Notes: generated from the letters alone by a model not told the origin. A stretch of 63,886 bases of DNA from Trypethelium eluteriae (GCA_051942245.1 JAVECL010000066.1:1-63886), one strand, 5' to 3'; numbered from the stretch's first letter, positions 1 to 12,147 are shown. Made by a program: numbers and translations.

Positions 1-980
1 CCCTCCTCCCCCATTGGCCTCTCCGCTGCCTCCTCTCCTCTCTCCAGATTCTCCCGCACAATCCTCTCCGCATCCCCCCTGACCAGCTCCGGACTCCTTT
101 GACCCAGCCCCGCCGCCGCCGCGCTCGTCGGAGGCGGCGTCCGCCCAGTCGTCGTATCCACAAAGGGACTCCCATCATCATACGTCATGCCATCAATCAT
201 GCGCGCATCCCTCGTCGCCTGCGCCGCCTCCGTCCCGGACACCGTCTGCGCCGTCGCAAATCCCGCTCCTACGCCAGGCGCACGCGCATCCGCCGCAGCA
301 GCAGCACCAGCACCCGCCGCACCCGCCGCAGGATACAGATGCATGGGCACCGCAGACCCGGCCTTCGACAGCGCAGTGAGGCTCGGCCCCGTAGGACTAC
401 CAATGCCCGAATGACGCGCGGGCGTGCGAGCGCCCTCGCCGAAGCCAACAAGAGAGGCGTTAGCATCGTCGCTGAAGCCACCCGTCGACGAGGTCTCCAT
501 GTCGTCGAGGTTGGACGTCGAGGCGGCGTCCATGCGGGTCGACGACAGCTCGTCCGGGTCCTGCGTCGTCTCGCTCATCTTGTCTGGGTCGGTGGGGGCG
601 CCGTGGCCGGAGTCGGAGCCGCTGGCCCAGGTGGTGCGGCCGCCGACGCTGCCGGTGGCCGAGGCGGAGCCGACGGTGCTGCGTTCTTTGAAGGTGGGGT
701 TGGAGGGGTCGAAGTAGCCGGCGGCGGTGGGCGTCGTGGTTGTGGAGGCGCTGGCTCCGCTGGCGTAGGAGGCGGAGGGTTGGTTTGGGTTGAAGGGGGA
801 GGAGCGAGGGCCGGCGACACGCTCGAGGCCGGCGAGGCGGGAGATCCGGTCTGCACGCTCAGCATCGAGAGTGCTGGTGTGCGAGGTACTCGAGGTGAAT
901 GGCGGCGCTTGAGAGGAGGAATGGTGCGGAAGGTGACCACGATGACCATCCTTAATGGCTACGGTAGAGAGCTCAGACAT
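1..980 (-). CDS. Conserved fungal hypothetical protein, Ser/Gly/Ala-rich, 3' end runs off the window
   Basis: Not in the ORF track because there is no stop in the window. ATG at 980 gives an open frame to base 1: MSELSTVAIK...ERADRISRLAGLERV...RSTVGSASATGSVGGRTTWASGSD...SLVGFGEGARTP...DARMIDGMTYD...AERIVRENL, with GC-rich third positions. The overlapping plus-strand Arg-rich ORFs are its antisense shadow. Confidence 0.75.
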   Translation of the reverse strand, partial: MSELSTVAIKDGHRGHLPHHSSSQAPPFTSSTSHTSTLDAERADRISRLAGLERVAGPRSSPFNPNQPSASYASGASASTTTTPTAAGYFDPSNPTFKERSTVGSASATGSVGGRTTWASGSDSGHGAPTDPDKMSETTQDPDELSSTRMDAASTSNLDDMETSSTGGFSDDANASLVGFGEGARTPARHSGIGSPTGPSLTALSKAGSAVPMHLYPAAGAAGAGAAAAADARAPGVGAGFATAQTVSGTEAAQATRDARMIDGMTYDDGSPFVDTTTGRTPPPTSAAAAGLGQRSPELVRGDAERIVRENLERGEEAAERPMGEE

Positions 981-2006
981 GGAGGTCGTTGTAGAATTAG
1001 GAGTGCCACTATATCATTGTAAGCCAGAAGTGTATTTTTCGTCTCGAGAGCAGCTCGCTTACGGTCCCATGTCCGAGGGAGTGACAGGGTCTGAGGGAGG
1101 AGGAGGTAAATTGATCAGAGTCGGTGCATTTGCAGGCATGTTGTAGATGCTGTACCCTTCGCTCGAGTTCGAAACAAGTTTGGACGAAGTAAAAGACCGA
1201 AAGGGAAATTTGTGTGGTGATGTTGGTAGCAATGCTGTCTCAGCTAGCTGTTTGCGGTGACGCAGTTCACCAGCTGCCCGATCGACGCCAAAACAGTGGG
1301 TTTCTTTTCAAAGGATGGCTCGAGGGGAGGAATGAAGAGTCAAAGAGGTCGGAGATGAATCGAGTCAGGTCTGGGCAGGTGAATAGCAGGATATCAGCAG
1401 GCAAGAGAGCAATTGCGTGGAAGCTGGTGGGCCGTTGGAGAGCTCAGGGAAGGAGAGACACAAAAGAAAGTGAGTCGGCCAGACCTTCACGTTCCTTACG
1501 ACCCTGCACCCCTCCTCCCCGCCCCGCTATTGGCCACAACTACCCCGGAGCGTGTCCTTTACCTGGAAGGCCACGCGACGTCATAGGTTCTCGTATGCTC
1601 ACAAAGAACCTGCCTCGTCACCGCACTAGCACGTGACAGTCCTCTGATCCCCCTCGCCATTACCTGGTGGACCCTAATAATTTTGAGACGAAACCGGTGA
1701 AGACCCAGATCGCCACATCGCTTCAACGTCCCATGACTCCATCGAATGCATGACCAACACATCGCGTATTGCATATGGTGAGCTGACTGCACTTCAGAAA
1801 ACAGGAAATCCATTGTTATATCATGTTTCAAAACTATCTACACCATATGATTGACCGAGGACTACTCATTGAGACAAACCTCAAAAACTACTGAATTACG
1901 CTGGAATGCCTTCAATGAAGATGCATAGAAAATTCGTTCTCATCCCATATCCACCCAAGTGATAGATGAGCACACTGGTGCCAAGTCCTCTAATTACCCT
2001 CTCTTT

Positions 2007-3614
2007 CTATTCCTTCGCCTCTTTCATCCGCACCCAAACCCCATCATTCGGACAACTCGTCAGCGTCAGATTCTGCTTCGGACTCTCCGCCACCACCTCC
2101 TGACTCCCCATGCCCACCTCCCCAAACCTCTGCAGCCGCCTCACTGTGACATAGCCCGCCTCGGTCAACGCCAACTGCTGGCCCAAGCAAATCCTCGGGC
2201 CCCCATTGAACGGAAGGTAGTCCCAGCCCGCCCGCTTGCCTGACCAGCGCTCCGGCTTGAATTCGTTGAAATCCGGGCCCCAGAGGTCGGGGCGCCGATG
2301 CACCACGTGCACGCTATAGACGACGAGGTCGCCTTTCCGGACGTAGACGGGGGCGGACCCGTCTGGGCCGCCGCCACGCGGGATGGAGGTGTCGCGCATG
2401 GCCATGCGGGAGTTGACGGGGACGACGGGGTAGAGGCGGAGGGTTTCGTTGAGGCACCATTGCAGGTAGGTGCAGTTCTTGAGGCCTGCGAAGGAGAGGT
2501 TGCGGGGCGAGGAGTAGGGGCCGAAGGAGGCGATGATTTCGGCGCGGAGCGTTTGCTGGATGTTGGGGTGGCGGATGAGGAAGTGGAAGAGCCAGGAAAG
2601 GAGGGAGGCAGTGGTGTCGCGGCCGGCGAGGAGGATGTTGAGGAGCTGGGAGCGGATTTCGATGGGATCGCGGGTTTGTCGGGCAAGGTTTTCGAGGAAG
2701 ACGTAGCGTGATTTGGTCTCGCCTTTTTCGAGATTGTCACCGTCGGATGAGGTGTTCTTGAGCGCGAGCTCGACGAAATGGTCGATGAAGGCGTGGCATT
2801 GCTTGTTAGATTCCTGAAGCTCTTTGGGGTTTAAGAGCCAAGAAAGCGCACCAAGCTGGCCTCGGTAGGCTAGCCAGCTTTGGCTGTTATCGAATGCCGT
2901 TGCAAAGACAGACTCCTCTTGATGAGCACTTTTGCTAGTTGAAGAAGCTTTTCTTGGAAGATTGATTAGCTGGCTGTCCACGCTTTCGCCAAAGAGGAAC
3001 TCGGTCGCCGTATCGATTGTAATTCGGAAAAAGAGTTTCTGGATATCGAGCTCTTCCGTCCAAGACTTCGAATCGACGGGCAAAGCCAGCATCAAGTTTT
3101 GAACATGACGTTCCTCGAGATCGAGATCCGCAACTTGCTCTCTCGCAAAGTTGGGTCGTAGCATTGCCCGTGAATGCTCCCATCCTTCGCCATCCGCAGT
3201 GAAAATGCCGTTGCCAAGCAGCGGAAGGAAGTTGTTACGTCGCAGGGAACCGAGGCCAAAGTCCTGAAATTGGGTCGCAAGGATAGCCTGTACATTTTTC
3301 GGATCGACGGTGAAGACATTTTGTCTCAACAACTGCTGTTGCACAAAGGTGTCAACTCGACGACCCTCACGAGTGCTCACACGCTTGACCCGGTCGACTA
3401 GGAGGTCAGGCACTCGCTTTCCTTTGCTAGCTGCTAGGATTTCTTTGATTGTATTGATGCCAAGGAAGTCTTGTTCTCGCAGCTTTGGTGGCGACCGGCA
3501 GCCAAGCTCCCTAGATTGGGAAGCATGTCGGCGAGTCTTGATGAAGCTACTGAGGACTCGATACGAAACAAACAATGCAAGGGCACCAAGGGCGAAGACA
3601 AAGTTTTGAACCAT
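2007..3614 (-). CDS. Cytochrome P450, CYP52 clan (alkane/fatty-acid hydroxylase-like), intronless, 535 aa
   Basis: N-terminal TM anchor, I-helix LLAGRDTT, ETLR, PERW, heme motif FNGGPRICLG, and the clan-typical PRGGGPDGSAP. Confidence 0.93.
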   Translation of the reverse strand: MVQNFVFALGALALFVSYRVLSSFIKTRRHASQSRELGCRSPPKLREQDFLGINTIKEILAASKGKRVPDLLVDRVKRVSTREGRRVDTFVQQQLLRQNVFTVDPKNVQAILATQFQDFGLGSLRRNNFLPLLGNGIFTADGEGWEHSRAMLRPNFAREQVADLDLEERHVQNLMLALPVDSKSWTEELDIQKLFFRITIDTATEFLFGESVDSQLINLPRKASSTSKSAHQEESVFATAFDNSQSWLAYRGQLGALSWLLNPKELQESNKQCHAFIDHFVELALKNTSSDGDNLEKGETKSRYVFLENLARQTRDPIEIRSQLLNILLAGRDTTASLLSWLFHFLIRHPNIQQTLRAEIIASFGPYSSPRNLSFAGLKNCTYLQWCLNETLRLYPVVPVNSRMAMRDTSIPRGGGPDGSAPVYVRKGDLVVYSVHVVHRRPDLWGPDFNEFKPERWSGKRAGWDYLPFNGGPRICLGQQLALTEAGYVTVRRLQRFGEVGMGSQEVVAESPKQNLTLTSCPNDGVWVRMKEAKE

Positions 3615-4738
3615 GTTTGGTGAGTTACAGGCTGGACGATACGACGGCGATGTTCGGCAGCCTTATAAGTGATAGAGTTCCTCGTTTCCGCCGGTAGACT
3701 ACGGGATAGACCACGGCGTAGACTGCAAGAGAGGTCATCAATACGGAGTTACAAGGGAGATGATACCAACAGAGGGGGCATCTTTGGATCGTTGCACATT
3801 ACGCACCCGCCATGCAAGTCTGTATGATTGGTAGAAGCTCTCCTTGCCACGGCGACGCCGACGATCCCTCATAAGCGGAGAAGACTTATCTTGGATAACC
3901 GTAGGCAGAACGGATTTTCTCGTTGCCGTTGGCTAAAGTTGCAGAACGCCGTCCGGCACTTTGTCTCGTTCGGGCATTTGCTAAGAAAAGGAAACGAATT
4001 GCGGGGGGCGCTTTCGGCCGTACTTGAGTAGGAAAGAGGCCGAGGTCTCTCCAGTGTTTTCCAATTCCTCTACCACGCCGGCCACGTAGGGGAAGCTGAT
4101 GACATTATCCTGGCATGCATGGACAAAAGCAGACCACACTTGCCTCCAGACATCGGCGAGCAAGACGCCCTAGTCTGCGCCATCAACCCGTGCATCTCGG
4201 TATGCCCGTCAGTATGCAAGCCAGGTTCGGAACGAGCCGTCACCGGGTCGCCCTAGAAGTCATTGAGTGGTGGAGTCTTACCTAATGCTCTCATCACATC
4301 ATATCTCCGCGTCAGTAGAGCTGACGTCTCACACTCTTAAAGAGCCTCAGAATCCTTCGTGGCGACCTATGCCATTTGTAGAGAATGCGGCAACACCCAA
4401 ATTCTTACACATAATCAGCAAGCCACACTGGAACATACCCTGCGAGTCCGAGCGGAATGAGGATGGAGGCCACACATAACACTCCGTTTGGCTAGCTTGG
4501 GGTCTCTCACAACCTTGGCCGAAGTAAGCTAGTGACTGGGGATCACAAGGTGAGATGTAGCAAGAGGTGTTTACTATGGGAGTATGAATGCGGCAGGCAG
4601 GCCAGGATAGAGAACCAGATTGGGATGGCCTTCCCTCCGCTTGGAATCCGCTATACTGTACCTGGAGACAATCCCAGCTCGCCAAATTGATTTCGGTGAC
4701 AATGCTCCTCTGAACGTACCTCAAATCCTCCAATAATC

Positions 4739-5554
4739 ATGAGGCAGTTATGCTATCGCACCGCTGAAAGCGAAGATCATTTCGATACCGCCAGAGAACG
4801 CCGACCCCAAAATTGGTACGACCGACCCTCAGAACTGACCAATAGGCAGTGGTCCGAACTACAATCTCGGGGTTTTCGGACAAGAGAACATTGGCAACAC
4901 CAACGTGACTATAAGCAATGGCTCAAGCACTGGGACTACGATCCGAATCATGATGATCCAGAAGACCTTCTGTACCAACCAGGAGATGGCTATACTTACG
5001 AAAGGTGCCTTTACGCCTCATCTCAATGCGGAACCTGTCAACGCCTTGGATACCATGATCAGGCGATTGTTGTCTCCATCGATGGCGCCTGCCGTGGGAA
5101 TGGAACACGCTATGCTACTGCAGCCTATGGAGTTTATTTCGCCTCTAACTCCCCCTATAGCTTTGCAGAGGAGAGTTCTGAATGTAATCCGACGAATCAA
5201 AAAGCAGAGTTGGAAGCCGCCATCGAGGCTTTGCGGTTCATCCGAGATATGTGGCGCTCCGAACAGGACTGGGATATCGAGCGAGTGATCATCAAGGCTG
5301 ACTCGGAATATGTGGTTAAGAGCATGACCAGTTGGGTTGATAAATGGAATGAGAATGGCTATATCAATTGCAAGGGGCTTCCCGTCACCAATGCAGAGCT
5401 GTTTGACACGCTCGATGATCTTATTCGAGAACTCAATCAGGAGGGTGTAGGCGTCCAATTTTGGCATGTTCCGCGAAGATTCAATACTTGCGCTGATGAG
5501 TGGGCAAATGGGGCTTTGGATGAAGCGGAAGGCCTTGACGTCGATTGGCCATGA
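4739..5554 (+). CDS. RNase H (RNase HI fold) domain protein with N-terminal extension; catalytic residues intact
   Basis: IDGACRGNG, TNQKAELEAA, KADSEYVV and WHVPRRFNTCADEWA supply the D/E/D/H/D set of RNase HI. The ~110-aa N-terminal extension ends in C-x6-C-x2-C-x5-H. Confidence 0.88.
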   Translation: MRQLCYRTAESEDHFDTARERRPQNWYDRPSELTNRQWSELQSRGFRTREHWQHQRDYKQWLKHWDYDPNHDDPEDLLYQPGDGYTYERCLYASSQCGTCQRLGYHDQAIVVSIDGACRGNGTRYATAAYGVYFASNSPYSFAEESSECNPTNQKAELEAAIEALRFIRDMWRSEQDWDIERVIIKADSEYVVKSMTSWVDKWNENGYINCKGLPVTNAELFDTLDDLIRELNQEGVGVQFWHVPRRFNTCADEWANGALDEAEGLDVDWP

Positions 5555-6422
5555 GGTGCTGAACTTGGTATCTGTCCATCGATAAAGTAGCAAGCATACC
5601 ACAGCCCAGACTGACTCGCAGGACAGGCTGATACGCGACAGTTACAGGGAGACCTTTTCGGAAAATACTTAGTTGCTCTCAAGACAGCATGTACAACAAA
5701 TCGATACGTGCGCTGCAGGTGCCACGGTGGTTTTCAAGACTTGTATTCATTTACCCTATCCATACGACTCAAGTAAATCCCACTTTGCCTCTTCTCGAGT
5801 TCGACAATATAATCCGGACCTTCAATCATAGCGTTGTCGGCATCTATGAGGCAAAACAACAGCTGGCTGTATCCGAGTGAAAGCTGGTTACGGAAATTAC
5901 TGAACTAGTTAAATGGGAAAGTAAAATGGGATAGAGTGGGTTGACTTCCACATGAACACATTCTCATCATGTAACCCCCCCCCCCCACACCCACCCAAGC
6001 ATGGTACCCCAGCATCGATGCGAAGTCTTCGTATGTAAGAAATATACGTTAATGTGCGAATATCGATTGTACGCAGTTAGGTACGGCATCGATCACGTCC
6101 GAGGAATGCATCGACAATGATCATCGAAATGGCTGCAGTGATGAGTGTCTCAAAGCTTCGTTGTGAGGCGCATTGGTGTTGTATGCGAATCCCAATGATG
6201 AGACCTGCATCACCAAGTTGCGGCGGTGATGTGACTCATGGAATCGCGCTGTGAGTGCCATCAAGGTCTCCGGATCCTTCGTAGATCACATTTCTTGGGT
6301 ATTTCATTGACCATTCTGCCCACCTAAACTTGGAAACAACAACAAAACAGGACTTCACTCTGACCAAGAAACATTGACAAAGTCGCATTCTACTTGTTTA
6401 AAGATCAGCGTACTTCTTCAAA

Positions 6423-7244
6423 ATGGTCAAATTCAGTCGTTCTCATGACGACCGGATCTACTACAACTTTACCAAGAAAAATCGACCGGAGCTTCCTGAC
6501 GATCGACCACGTGGAGTCACGGATGCCCATTGGCAAATACTGCAACGACGAACTCGAACGACCAGGAAAGAGTGGCGCGAACAGCGCGACTACGAGCCCT
6601 GGCTTCGAATGTGGCACTATGGCATCTCCAAAAATGAAGCGCCTGGAGATCTCTTGTACGTAGCTTCAGACGGCATCACCTACGAGCAGTGTGCCGACGG
6701 AACGAACTGCCCCACGTGCGATGCGATTGGATACCACGACCAAACCATCGTCGTGTCTGTAAGCGAAGCCTACCGGAGGACTCCATCACATGATCGCATC
6801 GCCGCTTATGGGATCTTCGTTAGTCCCGACAAAGCCACAGGCCATACGATCACTAATCCCCATCCAACGAGAGAGACGGCCGAGCTGGAAGGAACTATCG
6901 CTGCGCTTCGCTCGGTGCAGCGAATGCGCGACAGCGATTCAGCATTCGATATCGAGCGAGTGGTGATCAAAAGTGATTTCGAGTATGTGGTAAAGGGCAT
7001 GACCACGCGGATTCAGCAGTGGAAGGCGAGTGGATACCTCAACTCAGACGGAAAGCCCCTTGTGAATTCAACACTCTTTCGCATGTTGGATGACCTAGTA
7101 CTTGAGTTGAACGACGAGGGTGTGGGAGTTCAGTTCTGGCAGGTTTCAAGGGATTGGAACGATGGAGCAGAACGCTGGGCTCAGCGTATGCTGGACATGG
7201 TCCAAGGGATTACTCCGACTGATATGCCTAGAACACTCCATTGA
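6423..7244 (+). CDS. RNase H-like paralogue with degenerate active site
   Basis: Co-linear with 4739..5554 over its whole length (QRDY, DLLY, GYHDQ.IVVS, AELE, DIERV.IK.D.EYVVK, EGVGVQFW). DGAC is replaced by SEAY, His by Gln and the last Asp by Glu. Confidence 0.82.
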   Translation: MVKFSRSHDDRIYYNFTKKNRPELPDDRPRGVTDAHWQILQRRTRTTRKEWREQRDYEPWLRMWHYGISKNEAPGDLLYVASDGITYEQCADGTNCPTCDAIGYHDQTIVVSVSEAYRRTPSHDRIAAYGIFVSPDKATGHTITNPHPTRETAELEGTIAALRSVQRMRDSDSAFDIERVVIKSDFEYVVKGMTTRIQQWKASGYLNSDGKPLVNSTLFRMLDDLVLELNDEGVGVQFWQVSRDWNDGAERWAQRMLDMVQGITPTDMPRTLH

Positions 7245-7524
7245 ACTGCCATTCGCGCCGCCGCCTCGACAAATGCCTCGCAACCTCATCACGATGTCTA
7301 TGGCAATGACAATCGTAGCTGGAATGACACTCACCAATTGTCATCCACAGCAAGATTCAAGGGACTCTGGCATGAAAATGGCGGGAATTGGCAAATCTCA
7401 TACTTGTACCGTATCAAAGGAGATAGAATTGACTTGAAATCTGAGGACTTCCGTCACATCACCTAACGTGATGAAGTTGTTCCGACGCCTTGCACCTAAA
7501 TATTCCATGCCTAAAGCGTGCCCT

Positions 7525-10500
7525 TCATGCACGTCCCACGATGTAGTCCCGATTTTCGACAGTGACACTCTTGGTCTGCAGCGAAACTCATTAGCTCATT
7601 GTTGAAACCCTCCGATGCTTCTCAGGCTTACCATATGATTGACCTTGTAGACTCCGACCAACCTAGACGCGAGCTCAAACTATTCTCCTTCATTAGCTAT
7701 CTTCTCGAGCGATAAGCCCTATCAAACTCACCATGTTGTTCCGCAAAGAGATGACAATGAACTGCGCATTCTTCGTCCTCTCTTTGATGTAACTCGCCAC
7801 AATTGAAACCTGCCCATCTCATTAGCCAAAGTCTCCCCGAGAGGCCACCCATCCCTTTCCATGAACTGCAATACTCACATTCCTGAAATCCAACGCTGCA
7901 TCAATCTCATCCATAACATACAGCGGCGTCGGCTTATAATGATGCAACGCGAACACCAACGCCAACGAACTCAGCGTCTTCTCCCCACCACTCAAATTAC
8001 TGATATTCTTCCAGCTCTTCTTCGGCGGCATCACACTGAACAGAATCCCCTCACTGAACGGATCCAGACTGTCCACGAGCTCCAGCTCCGCATTACCCCC
8101 CATCGTAATCATCTGATACATCTCCTTCAACCGCAACGAGATCGTGCTGAACCCTTCCATGAACCCCTCCAGCCGCAGCCGCCGCAGCTCATCGCACCGC
8201 TTCTTCGCGGCGTCGCGCGCGCCCACCGCCGTCTGCAGGTCGGCGCTGCGAGCCGCATGCTCCTCGACGCGCCGCCGGTACTCGCCGAGCACGCCGAGCT
8301 CGACGCTGGCGTTCGAAGTCTTGGCTTCCAGGCTCGCGATCTCGGATTTGAGCGCGTCCTTGTCGAGATCGCCGAGCTCGTCGGCCGTGTAGGTGGGGAG
8401 TTGGTGGCGTGGCTCGGCCGGCGCTTCTGCGCGTGAACTCTCGTTTGCGTTTGCGTTTTCGTCCTCACTCCCACCATCATCTGCATTCGGGGTTTCTTGG
8501 GATTCGCCACTGAGGTCGCTGATGTTCTGGAGCGAGAGCTTGCTGAGCTTGTCTTCCCAGTGGGCGACTTTGCGTTGGTGGTCTTTGAGGATCTTCTGGC
8601 TTTCTTCGAGTTTGTTGCGCATTTCGATCTCGGCACCGCGGGATTCATTGAGTTCGGAGGTTTTGCTGTCGAGGTTGGCTTTGAGGACTTGTAATTCCTC
8701 CTTCTTCGTGTCCAATGTCTACAGTCTTCATTAGTAGATATTTCAAACGTTACGCGCTTGATTTCATACTTCTTTGGCCTCTTCTGCCTGCTGTCTGGAG
8801 CCTGCCGCATTCCTGGTTTGATTCTTCGCATCTTCTTCAACCTTTGCCGACTCCTCAGCTACCTTCTCCAGTTCTTCTGTCGTTTCCGTATGCGTCTTCT
8901 CATTCTTAGCTTTCTGCTTCTCTGCTTTGCTACGATTGACTTCTGCATTTGAGACTTCATCAGTCAAGGAATCGATCTGTGCCTTCAGCCCATCGACTTT
9001 GGCCTTTTGAGCTCGAAGCCTAACACCTCCAATTTCCATGATCTTGTTTTGTAACGACTGGATTTCTTCTTCGATATCGCTTGTTTCGGAGCGAAGCTTC
9101 TCCGTTTCTCCCTCCATAGTTGCGATGCTCTTCTCTAGAGCAGCGACACGGCCTTTGTCGCTCTTCGAAGGTTGTTGCTCTGCACTAAGCTCTTGAATCC
9201 GCTTTTCGGCATCAGCAGTATTACGATCGAAGCTTCCAAGCTCCAACAAGATCTTCTGTGCTCTGGTCTCTAACTGGGGTATTTGAGCCTGTAGCTCCTT
9301 GAGCTGAGACTCGAGTTGACGTTGCTCCGCCTGCAGATCTTGGAAGGTGCCTTCCATCGCATCACGATCAGCCTCTAATTTGGCCACTTGCTCCTTGGTG
9401 AAGTCTGCGGCAAGCTTTGAAGACATGGCACCCTTGGCGATCCGGTTGCCACCACCACTCATGGTACCAGACTTGTCAATGAGCTGGCCATCGAGCGTGA
9501 CAACGCGCCATCTTTGCGCGCCATAAGCGATGCGATTGGCTTGCTCGAGATCTTTTGCTACGAGCGTATTCTGCATGATACTGTAGAACGCAGGTCGATA
9601 TCGATCTTCTTTGGAAGTGACCAAGTCGAATAGCCTGGGAGCATTCTCTGGTGTCTGAATCTCGCTGAGATCTCTCTTTGGGAGCCGATCTAAGAGAATG
9701 AAGTTCGCTCGGCCGAGATTGTTCTTGCGGAGGTATTCGATGCATTGTTGGCCGACTTCAACTGTATCCACGACCAGGTTATCTAGTGAAGGGCATGCAG
9801 TAGATATTGCGACGTCGTATTTCCGATCAATAGCACCAAGATTGCCGAGACGTCCATGAAAACCATTGATTCGCCCAGACTCCTTGAGTCGCATTAGGCC
9901 AGTCAAGACATATCCCTGAGTCTGAGCAGCGGAAAGACTAGTACGGGCCTCGTCTGCCTTCTGTCGCATATTCGACAGTTTCGAACGCACTGCCGGCTCT
10001 TTTTGGGCAACTTCGTGGATGGTGGCTTCGACCTTGCCTACCTCATTCTCCAATCTCTTCTTCTCAGCCTTGCATTCCTGAAGTTCTGCAGATTTATCGG
10101 CCTTCGATTCTTTGTAGCCGGCGATCTTGGCCTTGATTTCCTCGATAGTGATGCCTGCGGCATTCTCCTTTTCACGCAGTATGTCAAGTTCGCTCTGAGC
10201 TACAGCAATTGCAGATTGCTTCTCATTGACCTTCGCACTCCAAGGCTCGAGCAGCTTCTGCTTCTCGGCGATCTGATCGGATAGTCCCTGAGTCTTGCCC
10301 TTGAGCCCGTCTCGAATACTCGTCAGTTCCTTCTCTTCGCCTACCTTTTCCGTCTCGAGCTTGGCAACCTGACCTGTACAGCGCTCGATATCATCTGTAG
10401 CATTCTTTATCTGGGTATTCGATTCCGATGCTGCAAGTTTGCTCGTCTGCTGTTGTTTCTCCAGCTTCTTTGTCTTGCCTGCCAGGAACTTTTTCTTCTC

Positions 10501-12147
10501 CTCAAATTTGACAGTCTCTTTATCGAGCTTGGCCATATCTTTTAGGATAGCTTGGGTGTCTTTCTCAAGCTTCTCATATTCCCTGTTGCCAGTCTTATGT
10601 TGCTTCTCAAGCTCCTTAATCTCCTGTTCGCGGCCAGCATGCTTTTGTAGCTCCGCATCAAGCTCGCCTTGTATTTCATTGATGGCTTCGTGCGTAACTT
10701 GGATATGATCATTGCATTCGTGAGCAAAAAGCTGGTACAGCGCGGATTGCTTGGTAGCGAGCTCGTTTTCGTCTCGTATGTAAGCCAATGCCTTTTCCTT
10801 TTTATCCTCAAGGTTGTTCTTTTCTTTCTCGACGTGTTGTACTCTGCTATTTTTCTCCTGGCAAACCTCGTTGAGCGTCTCGGTCTCGGCTGCTGACTCC
10901 TCGATCGGCGTCTTATACTTTGAGGTACCAATGATATCTTCCAAATACTCGAGAAGACCATCGTCGTGTTCGTTGGCCGCTTTTGGCTTCATTTGTGCGA
11001 TTGACTCGACTTCACCTTGAAGGATTAGGAAACGCTTATGGTCAAGATCCACACCCCGATCGCGTAATAGTGTCGTGACAACCGTGAAACTAGATTCCTT
11101 GGAGTTTATATAGTATTTGCTCGCATTATTTTTGAATGCTTTTCGTGAGATAATCAACTTCGAATCTGGAATCACTTCGTGTCCTCCAGCAGCCAGATCC
11201 ATAACCTCCTCAAAATGCACTGCAACTTCACAATGGTCCAAATCGGGGAATCCTGCTGAGTTATGGATCAAGGCCGATATCTTTCCCTGCCTCATTTTGC
11301 TTGCTCTGAAGCCAAATACAAACAGTAAGGAGTCGATGACATTCGATTTGCCCGACCCATTAGGTCCAACGACTGATGAGAATGATGAATGAAAAGGGCC
11401 GACCTCTTGTCTTCCCGCATACGATTTGAAGTTCGTGAGCACAAGGTAGGTGATGACAATTCTCGATTTCGGTTCTGCCGGCTCCTGTACCTTAGGGATT
11501 GCAGCATTCCGTGCCCGTACCACAATATCCATAGGCTTTTCTAATGCGGTCGCTTTCGGATCAACCCTCTTAACAGGCTCGTCATTCTTCTTAGCCTCGG
11601 GCACTGGCTGAATGTCTGGTATTGGTATTGGTGTGGCCTCATTTAGCTTGGTTTCTGTTATATCCCCCAACGGCGTCGAGCGTCGCGATCTCGGCTCTGG
11701 TGAAGCTGAAGGCTGTGGTGTAGGCAATGGAGGTGGCATCTCAGAATTTTCATCGGGAGTAACCGAGGCGCGACTTTTCCGGCTAGCACGCACGTTTTTG
11801 ACGCTTCGTCGTTTTGGTGGCGAGGCTGTTTTGGAGGGCGAAGGGGCTTCCGAGGGAGCGTTGCTCTCTGGTGGACTGAAGATGTGGGAGGGTTCAACAC
11901 TCGAGGGCTCGACGACTTCACTGACTCTCGTCTTCCGAGCTCGCGCTGTACGAGGAGTGGCAGGTGTATCCGCCGTCTTTCTTCTCGAGGCTCTGCTCGT
12001 CCGTATTGGCGCAGGCGTGAACTCTTCTCCATCTTCATCGTCTTGCTCTCTTGTAGTATTGCCTTCCTCCTCATCGTCAGAATCCACGATAGCTTTGCGA
12101 CGGACCACGGCTCGTCGAGAAGGCCTTGTCGGAGATACTGCAGACAT
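7525..12147 (-). CDS. SMC4: Condensin ATPase subunit SMC4 (Cut3)
   Basis: Exons 12147-8770, 8718-7879, 7809-7732, 7679-7632 and 7575-7525, joined by GT-AG introns. Walker A GPNGSGKSN, hinge GRLGNLG, signature LSGGEKT, Walker B MDEIDAALD, C-terminus FIVISLRNNMFELASRLVGVYK. Confidence 0.97.

Noticed and set aside
99..1022. 307-aa Arg/Gly-rich plus-strand ORF
   Set aside because: Antisense shadow of the GC-rich minus-strand gene. TTG start and low complexity.
5975..5996. C12 homopolymer and C-rich tract between the RNase H genes
   Set aside because: Simple sequence; no support for a function beyond possible G4 formation.
4739..7244. RNase H genes as retrotransposon remnants
   Set aside because: No reverse transcriptase, integrase, gag, LTRs or target-site duplications are visible, and both frames are intact with their own N-terminal domain.
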